In this document: positions 57,682-64,000 of the stretch, in pieces
Layout: each line of letters opens with the position of its first letter
Numbering within the stretch: the stretch's first letter is position 1
Source of the DNA: Candidatus Levyibacteriota bacterium
Lineage (GTDB): Bacteria; Patescibacteriota; Microgenomatia; Levybacterales; UBA12049
Length of the DNA stretch: 64,000 nucleotides
Reading direction: 5' to 3'
Assembly: GCA_016186645.1 (NCBI GenBank)
Contig: JACPLF010000007.1
Coordinates: forward strand, 9,151-73,150
The notes under the pieces: model-generated
Database searches by the model: none
What the model was told of the DNA's origin: nothing
Seen by the model: the letters and a program-made list of their open reading frames with translations, nothing else
Position numbers and translations under genes: made by a program

Positions 57682-58296
57682 GTGGGAAAAGTTGGTATGA
57701 TTACTGTTTTGATTCTCCTTGGATTATTTACGGTTTATGTAATTAATAATAATGCGACAAAAGTAGAGCCAGCGACTGAAAATTCAACTCTCAGCCTTTC
57801 CTTTCAAGCTCCCTCTCAAGCTCAAACTGTCAATCTTACTCCATCTCTCACTTTAAACCCATCTACTAATGTATCAAATGAGATGACGGCCGTCATAAAA
57901 ACTGATAGGGGAGATATTTCAATAACTTTTTATCCAGAAGATGCGCCGAATACTGTTGTAAATTTTGTGCAGAAAGCCAGAAGCGGATTTTACAATAATT
58001 TAATTTTCCATAGAGTAGAAGATTGGGTAATTCAGGGCGGAGATCCGATGTCTAATGGCACAGGCGGAGGCAAAATGCCAACAGAATTGAATAACAAACC
58101 TTTTGTTGTGGGATCTCTGGGTGTTGCCAGAGGACAAGATATAAAAATTTCCAATGACGCGCAATTTTTTATCACCAAAAAGGATTCGCAATTCTTAAAT
58201 GGTCCGTATGCAAATTTTGGAATCGTAACAAAAGGAATGGAAGTGGTTAACAAAATCCAAATCGGCGATAAAATCTTAGGAATCAAAATTAACTAA
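57682..58296 (+). CDS. membrane-anchored cyclophilin-type peptidyl-prolyl cis-trans isomerase
   Basis: FHRVEDWVIQGGDP, GSLGVARG. Confidence 0.8.
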   Translation: MGKVGMITVLILLGLFTVYVINNNATKVEPATENSTLSLSFQAPSQAQTVNLTPSLTLNPSTNVSNEMTAVIKTDRGDISITFYPEDAPNTVVNFVQKARSGFYNNLIFHRVEDWVIQGGDPMSNGTGGGKMPTELNNKPFVVGSLGVARGQDIKISNDAQFFITKKDSQFLNGPYANFGIVTKGMEVVNKIQIGDKILGIKIN

Positions 58297-58327
58297 AAAA
58301 TTATCGACAGGAAAGTGTATAATAAAA

Positions 58328-58558
58328 GTGTATAATAATAGTATGGATAAATATATTGCATCAGATCCCAATATTCTCGGGGGTAAACCTGTAATCAGAG
58401 GTACTAGAATACCTGTTGATCAAATTTTGTTTTTGTTAAAAGACGGTTTTACTGTTCAAGCAATCCATGAACTCTATCCCCATGTGAATGAGCAGACCAT
58501 AGAGGGAACGATTGATGAAACAGCTAAACTATTAAACAATGCCACGCAAACCTTATAG
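58328..58558 (+). CDS. DUF433 domain protein (putative antitoxin)
   Basis: ILGGKPVIRGTRIPV hallmark motif. Overlaps the downstream gene. Confidence 0.65.
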   Translation: MYNNSMDKYIASDPNILGGKPVIRGTRIPVDQILFLLKDGFTVQAIHELYPHVNEQTIEGTIDETAKLLNNATQTL

Positions 58559-58892
58559 GCACAAACTTCTCCTTGATGAAGGATTGTATTTAAAAAAAGC
58601 GCTCCCTCGTACAAATAGCCGCCATGACATAAAACATATCAAGCATGATTTAAATAAGGGCGGGGTAAGCGATAAAAAGGTTTATTCTATTGCCAACAAA
58701 AACAAGAGAATAATCGTTACTTATAATATTGATGATTTTAAAAAGCTGGCAAGAGAAAGTCCAAATTCTGGAGTTATTGGAATATCTCAAGGAATACCGC
58801 CAGATCAGCTTGATAAAAAATTAAGTGCACTGCTTAGTAAAAAAACTCCTAAATCTCTGTATGGCAAATATGCTCCGCTAAGCAAGGCTTAG
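58539..58892 (+). CDS. DUF5615 (Mut7-C/PIN-like) domain protein (putative toxin)
   Basis: LLLDEGL...IIVTYNIDDFKKL pattern of PIN-like DUF5615. 20-nt overlap with the DUF433 gene. Confidence 0.55.
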   Translation: MPRKPYRHKLLLDEGLYLKKALPRTNSRHDIKHIKHDLNKGGVSDKKVYSIANKNKRIIVTYNIDDFKKLARESPNSGVIGISQGIPPDQLDKKLSALLSKKTPKSLYGKYAPLSKA

Positions 58893-59002
58893 CGTTTGTT
58901 TTTGATACGGACACTTCTAAATAGAATTTCAATCAGGGACAAAATCTTCGGAATGAGCGTTGAGTAAGTTAAAACTTTTGCGGTATGGTGTGGATTTAAA
59001 CC

Positions 59003-59548
59003 TTATTGCAAATTTACTTCAGCTTCTCTTTGTCTATTAACTTTTAGTAAAGAATCTTTCATTAAAGATAAAACCCCTTCTACCATATCCATCTGTTCAA
59101 TAGTTGCGGGTCCTCCTAGCCAATTTTGTGCTCTCCCATCTCTATTTATTAAAAACAATTGTTTCTGTTGCGAATCGTCACCAAATCTGGCTTTTAACAC
59201 AACCTTATCTATTGCTGGGGGATAATCTGCATAGGGTGTAAAATCCTGTAACAGAACTAAATCTGCTTTTTTGCCTCCAAATTCAACTGGAACAACCGGA
59301 ATCTCAAGATAATTCCCTATACGTGCTATAGGGACTTTTTTTTGACGTACTTCACCATGCTCTTTCAATATTTGGGTAGCTTGTTCAAAAAGTTTTTTGG
59401 ATCTTGCTATAAGCTCTTCTTCCATACGACTAGCTCTTTCAGTTTCTTCATCAGCATGAGTCACGTCAGCGTGAATTATCGTAAGGAATGCACTAGGAGC
59501 TTGCTCTATCATGCCTTTATTTATAACACTAAAGTATGGGCTTGTCAA
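59003..59548 (-). CDS. hypothetical protein
   Basis: 181-aa clean ORF, no confident family. Confidence 0.35.
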   Translation of the reverse strand: MTSPYFSVINKGMIEQAPSAFLTIIHADVTHADEETERASRMEEELIARSKKLFEQATQILKEHGEVRQKKVPIARIGNYLEIPVVPVEFGGKKADLVLLQDFTPYADYPPAIDKVVLKARFGDDSQQKQLFLINRDGRAQNWLGGPATIEQMDMVEGVLSLMKDSLLKVNRQREAEVNLQ

Positions 59549-59569
59549 TAAGCTAAAATAAAGAAGATT

Positions 59570-60043
59570 TTACCATTTAAAATGGCTGAATGCTCGATTC
59601 GCTTGGGCCATGCGAAGGACTGCGTCTCTTTTTTTGATTGCTTCGCCCTGCTCCGCAGAAGCATCCAATAACTCTGCTGCTAATTTTTCTTCAAAAACTT
59701 TATAATCTTTGTTCGATCGAGCGCGGGCCGCATCCGCAATCCATCTCATTGCCAGAGATGCTCTTCTTTCGGGTCTTACTTCAACCGGAATTTGATAGTT
59801 GGCTCCTCCGACTCTTTTTGCTTTTACTTCTTGTTTTGGTCCCACACTCTCAAGAGCTCTTTCAAAAATAGCTATCGGATCCATTTCTTTTTTCTTTATT
59901 AAATCAAATGCCGCGTATAAAACATTTTGAGCTACGGTTTTCTTGCCATCTACCATCAAATAGTTAATAAACTTAGCTATCTGCTTGTTTTTGTATATTA
60001 AATCTCCTTCAATTTCTCTTTTTGGTGCTTGTTTATGCCTCAT
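59570..60043 (-). CDS. rpsG: 30S ribosomal protein S7
   Basis: S7 signature. Confidence 0.95.
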   Translation of the reverse strand: MRHKQAPKREIEGDLIYKNKQIAKFINYLMVDGKKTVAQNVLYAAFDLIKKKEMDPIAIFERALESVGPKQEVKAKRVGGANYQIPVEVRPERRASLAMRWIADAARARSNKDYKVFEEKLAAELLDASAEQGEAIKKRDAVLRMAQANRAFSHFKW

Positions 60044-60080
60044 ATTTTTAAACTATATATTATATATAATATATAAGATA

Positions 60081-60548
60081 TTATTGAGCTGGTGCTGCTT
60101 CTTTCACTCCAGTTACTATTTTCGGCGCTCCCCCTCCCATTGCATTTCTCTTTGCTCCATATTTGCTTCTTGATCTTTTTCGTCCCTCAACTCCCAAAAG
60201 ATCAAATTTACCCCGAACTATATGGTATTTTACTCCAGGCAAATCTTTTACTCTTCCGCCTCTGACCAAAACTATTCCGTGCTCAGAAAGTGAATGCCCA
60301 ATGCCCATAATGTAAGCTGTGACTTCCATTTTGTTAGATAACTTAACACGGGCGACTTTTCTAAGAGCTGAGTTAGGTTTTTTTGGAGTCATTGTTTTAA
60401 CCAAAGTGACCACTCCTCTTTTCTGAGGTGAAACTGTTGACTTATATATCCTGTCTTTAGCATTAAAAATCCTTCTTAATGCTCCGGACCTGCTCTTTTT
60501 TGTCTTTCTTTTTCTTCCTCTTTTAGACAATTGCGATAAAGTCGGCAT
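60081..60548 (-). CDS. rpsL: 30S ribosomal protein S12 (with ~20-aa C-terminal Gly-rich extension)
   Basis: [22 protein letters not shown]. Confidence 0.95.
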   Translation of the reverse strand: MPTLSQLSKRGRKRKTKKSRSGALRRIFNAKDRIYKSTVSPQKRGVVTLVKTMTPKKPNSALRKVARVKLSNKMEVTAYIMGIGHSLSEHGIVLVRGGRVKDLPGVKYHIVRGKFDLLGVEGRKRSRSKYGAKRNAMGGGAPKIVTGVKEAAPAQ

Positions 60549-60557
60549 ATTTTTAAA

Positions 60558-60640
60558 AATTAGAGATGAGAGGTTAGAAATGAGAGATATTTTTCATTTC
60601 TCATTTTTCATTTCTCATCTTGGTATTATATCTCATTTGC
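60558..60640. repeat. solo degenerate copy of the pilin-leader heptamer cassette between rpoC stop and rpsL start
   Basis: Minus strand ATGAGAAATGAAAAATGAGAAATGAAAAATATCTCTCATTTCTAACCTCTCATCTC resembles the 5-prime end of the 172-aa pilin-like gene but is stopped after 5 codons. Confidence 0.7.
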
Positions 60641-63600
60641 GGGTCTTCCCTCAACCGGAATAAGACGGCCGATGATAACGTTTTCCTTGAGGCCTATTAA
60701 GCTATCCACACGTCCTTCCAAGGCTGCTTCGGTCAAAACTTTTGTTGTTTCCTGAAAAGAAGATGCTGATAACCAAGAGTCAGAGTACAAAGCGGATTTT
60801 GTGATTCCAAGAATTGTTTGTCTGGCTGTTGCAGGCTCTCCGCCCTGAGACAATATCTCAGAATTAATATCCTGGAATCTGGTTTTTGTTATAAATGCTC
60901 CAGGGATTAAAGAAGTATCTCCGACTGTTTCAACAACTACTTTATCAGACATTTTTCTCAGAACTACTTCAAAATGCTTGTCATTAATAGCAATACCTTG
61001 AGATTCGTAAACTTTTTGAGCTTCCAAAATAACATATCTCTGAGCATCAGTGAGGCTTTTGACCTTGAGTATTTCTTTTGGATCTATATAACCTTGAGCC
61101 AATTGAGTTCCAGGCAAAATTTCCTGATCATCTGCTACATTAAGAGTTGCTGTCAAAGGAATGAAGAATTCCTGCTCGGAAGCTGGCTTCATCTTTGTGC
61201 TTTTTACTTTTATAAGATATCCGTCATCTGTGGTTTCTATTTTTACTTTACCCATAAATTCAGAAATTGGAGACACAGCTTTTGGAGTTCTCATTTCAAA
61301 AAGCTCTTCGACTCTAGGCAAACCCTGAGTAACGTCAGACATAACAACTCCTCCAAAGTGTCTGACTCTCATTGTTAACTGAGTACCAGGCTCTCCAATT
61401 GACTGAGCAGCAATTACTCCAACAGGAACTCCCTGTTCAACTTCTTTTCTTGTACTAAAATCCCAACCATAGCATTTTGCACAAATTCCATATTCCAATT
61501 CACAGGTAATAGCAGATCTAACAACTAGTTCGGTGATCTCTTCATCCACAATCTTTCTACTAAGTAAAACTGTTATTTCTTCGCCTTCTTTTGCAATTAC
61601 TTTCTTAGTTTTCTTGGAAGTTACATTGCCAACAAGCACTCTACCCAAAATTCGCTGTTGGAATGGAGTTACTCTATCTTTTTCATCTGCGACAATCATG
61701 ATTCCCTCTTTTGTTCCACAATCTTCACGTCTTATAATCACATCGTGAGAAGCATCAACCAAACGACGGGTAAGATAACCTGCGTTTGCGGTTTTCAAGG
61801 CTGAGTCCGTCAGACCTTTTCTTGATCCTCTTGCTGATGCAACGTATTCAAAGATTGATAAACCCTCTCTAAAGTTAGATTTAATTGGAAGCTCAACTAT
61901 TTTTCCAAGAGGATCCAAAATAAGTCCTTTCATAGCTGATAGCTGTTTTAATTGCTCTTTACCGGCTCTTGCTCCTTCAGAATCTATAATAAGCTTAATA
62001 ACGTTCGTAGATTTAAGATTATTCCAAGTCAAATCTGCAATTGTATCTGTTGCATTAAGCCAAATATCATTTGCTAAGCGTTTTCTCTCCTCATCAGTTA
62101 TCAGTCCTTTTTGGTAATCCTGCTCTATTTGAGCTACCTTTTTATCTGCTTCGTGAACATAATCTCTTCTTCCCTTGATCATTTCATTATCAAAAACTGA
62201 GACAGAGATTCCGGAAACTGTTGCGCCATAGAACCCGAGTTTTTTAATTGCGTCGATTAAGCTTTCTACTTCATCCGGCGTTCTTTTTGTAATGGCTTCA
62301 GTTACAATTGTTTTTATTCCGGATGCGCTAATGGACCTATTAATAAATTCGAAAGATGAAGGAAGTGCTTCATTTAATAAAATTCTGCCAACCGAAGTTT
62401 GCTGATTTTTATCTTCGACTCTAACTATAATTGGCTCTCTAAGTTTGATCTCCTTAATACTGTTTGCCAAAAGAGCATCTTGAATATCTTTGAATACAGG
62501 AAGCTCCTCGCGTCTTATCGCCTCATCTATAGAAGTTAGATAATAAATTCCAACAGCCATTTCTTTGTTTGGAAGCGTAATTGCTCCTCCGTCTGCGGGT
62601 TTTAACAAATTGTGTTTTGGCATCATAAGACCGATTGCTTCTTCTTGAGCTTTTTTGGACAATGGAATATGAACTGCCATCTGATCTCCATCAAAGTCAG
62701 CGTTATAGCCTGCACAAACACAAGGATGAAGTGCAATAGCAGATCCTTCAATAAGAATTGGATAGAAGGCTTGAATACCTAATTTGTGCAAAGTTGGAGC
62801 TCTGTTCAAGAGAACCGGGTGATTCTTTGTGATTTCTTCCAAAATATCGAACACTTCTGGTGGTCGTTTTTCAATAAATCTTTTCGCAGACTTAATGTTT
62901 GGAGCAAATCCCCTTATGATAACTTCTCTTAAAACGAAGGGCTTAAACATTTCCAAAGCCATTTCTTTTGGAAGACCGCATTGAGACAAGGTTAACTGAG
63001 GACCTACAACAATAACAGATCGTCCTGAATAATCGACTCTCTTACCCAAAAGGTTTTGTCTAAATCTTCCCTGTTTTCCTCTTAACATGTCTGACAATGA
63101 CCTTAAAGGAGAAGAGGTTACCTGACTTGATCTTTGAGCAATATCAATTAATGAATCAACAGCCTCCTGAAGCATTCTTCTTTCATTTTTAAGAATTATC
63201 TGTGGAGCACCCAAGCTCATTAAGTGTTTTAATCTGTTGTTTCTGTTGATAACTCTCCTATACAAATCATTAAGGTCTGAAGTTGCAAAACGTCCGCCTG
63301 ATAACTGAACCATTGGGCGTAAATCAGGTGGAATAACTGGAAGAACTGATAAAAGCATGAATGTTGGCAAAATCTCGGCCTTTCTAATTGATTCTATTAG
63401 TCTTAATCTTTTGATAAGTTTTAGATATTTCTGTCCTTTTGCTTTTTCTGTTTCTTTTCTAAGTAGAGCTATAAGTCCAGTTATATCTATTTTTTCTAAT
63501 AGCTCTAACAAGCCTTCTGCTCCGGTTCTAATTGTGAAAAAAACCGGAATATCATATTCTAAAATCTTAAAGTACTCATCTTCGGATAAAACTGCTCCGA

Positions 63601-64000
63601 CTTTTAGTCCCTTTAATAGTTTCAAAAGGGCTTCATAAATTTCATCCAGCTTTTTGCTTTCCAAATCTAATCTCTCAGCAATTGCAGTGAGTTTTTGTCT
63701 TTTTGTTAGATCCAGTTCCTGCATGATTATCTCTTTTTGTTCACCCTTGGGCTTAGTCGAAAGAGAATTTTTCTTTTTTTCAGAAACTTCTTCATTTATT
63801 TTCTTTTCTTCGAGGCTCAAGTCTTCTTTAAGCTGCTGTTTCTTCTTTTCTATATAGTCTGAAAAAGAATCCATCGCTTGCAATTTTTTCTCTTCATCAA
63901 TATTTACAACCAAATATGAAGCGTAGTATATTACAGACTCAAGGCTTTTTTGAGACATATCCAAAAGCAAAGACAAGGGAGAAGATGATCCCTTAAAAAA
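60626..64000 (-). CDS. rpoC: DNA-directed RNA polymerase subunit beta-prime (5-prime partial; N-terminus beyond window)
   Basis: NADFDGDQMAVH, trigger loop, open frame to the window edge. Confidence 0.95.
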   Translation of the reverse strand, partial: FFKGSSSPLSLLLDMSQKSLESVIYYASYLVVNIDEEKKLQAMDSFSDYIEKKKQQLKEDLSLEEKKINEEVSEKKKNSLSTKPKGEQKEIIMQELDLTKRQKLTAIAERLDLESKKLDEIYEALLKLLKGLKVGAVLSEDEYFKILEYDIPVFFTIRTGAEGLLELLEKIDITGLIALLRKETEKAKGQKYLKLIKRLRLIESIRKAEILPTFMLLSVLPVIPPDLRPMVQLSGGRFATSDLNDLYRRVINRNNRLKHLMSLGAPQIILKNERRMLQEAVDSLIDIAQRSSQVTSSPLRSLSDMLRGKQGRFRQNLLGKRVDYSGRSVIVVGPQLTLSQCGLPKEMALEMFKPFVLREVIIRGFAPNIKSAKRFIEKRPPEVFDILEEITKNHPVLLNRAPTLHKLGIQAFYPILIEGSAIALHPCVCAGYNADFDGDQMAVHIPLSKKAQEEAIGLMMPKHNLLKPADGGAITLPNKEMAVGIYYLTSIDEAIRREELPVFKDIQDALLANSIKEIKLREPIIVRVEDKNQQTSVGRILLNEALPSSFEFINRSISASGIKTIVTEAITKRTPDEVESLIDAIKKLGFYGATVSGISVSVFDNEMIKGRRDYVHEADKKVAQIEQDYQKGLITDEERKRLANDIWLNATDTIADLTWNNLKSTNVIKLIIDSEGARAGKEQLKQLSAMKGLILDPLGKIVELPIKSNFREGLSIFEYVASARGSRKGLTDSALKTANAGYLTRRLVDASHDVIIRREDCGTKEGIMIVADEKDRVTPFQQRILGRVLVGNVTSKKTKKVIAKEGEEITVLLSRKIVDEEITELVVRSAITCELEYGICAKCYGWDFSTRKEVEQGVPVGVIAAQSIGEPGTQLTMRVRHFGGVVMSDVTQGLPRVEELFEMRTPKAVSPISEFMGKVKIETTDDGYLIKVKSTKMKPASEQEFFIPLTATLNVADDQEILPGTQLAQGYIDPKEILKVKSLTDAQRYVILEAQKVYESQGIAINDKHFEVVLRKMSDKVVVETVGDTSLIPGAFITKTRFQDINSEILSQGGEPATARQTILGITKSALYSDSWLSASSFQETTKVLTEAALEGRVDSLIGLKENVIIGRLIPVEGRPANEI

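Noticed and set aside
1-64000. CRISPR arrays, rRNA genes, IS transposases, integrases
   Set aside because: None seen. No spaced direct-repeat arrays, no DDE or tyrosine-recombinase-like ORFs, no rRNA-like conserved blocks.

Overview
AT-rich, gene-dense window on one continuous contig. It looks like a small-genome, CPR-like bacterium, a lineage guess based only on gene content, low GC, the missing rpmD slot and the extended ribosomal proteins. Content in order: (i) 1-11 kb, DNA repair and recombination: RmuC, a UvrD-type helicase fused to a Cas4-like FeS nuclease, RNase P RNA (minus strand, found by conserved motifs and covariation), HU, RNase Y, and a recA/recX pair split by an alpha/beta-hydrolase gene, then tRNA-Pro(GGG); (ii) 12-21 kb: a complete archaeal-type mevalonate pathway operon (HMG-CoA reductase, HMG-CoA synthase, thiolase, DUF35, two GHMP kinases, diphosphomevalonate decarboxylase) with uppS, a Nudix-type IPP isomerase and an ECF sigma factor; (iii) 21-41 kb: the S10-spc-alpha ribosomal protein super-cluster (rplC to rplQ plus rpsI and rplM), carrying a four-helix-bundle gene insertion, three tandem NMP-kinase genes and a 103-aa ORF between rpsJ and rplC; (iv) 41-54 kb: an extracytoplasmic thiol-reductase pair (CcdA-thioredoxin fusion and a secreted thioredoxin), a type IV pilus locus (pilin, four pilin-like paralogues, PilC, PilB) and a histidine kinase / Hpt / two-receiver phosphorelay, all sitting between tuf and fusA; (v) 55-64 kb: fusA, a DUF433/DUF5615 toxin-antitoxin pair, rpsG, rpsL and the 3-prime 1116 codons of rpoC (5-prime end beyond the window). 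The most unusual signal is that the long N-terminal leaders of all four pilin-like paralogues are encoded by tandem heptanucleotide repeats (ATTTCTC, AATTTTC and variants) arranged as inverted repeats around the start codon, the architecture of slipped-strand phase-variable loci. A degenerate solo copy of this cassette lies upstream of rpsL. The window also holds an approximately 80-bp AT-rich intergenic repeat (7 copies inside the ribosomal cluster) and several small GC-containing palindromic repeat families. One palindromic copy appears inserted in-frame inside a mevalonate-pathway kinase gene.
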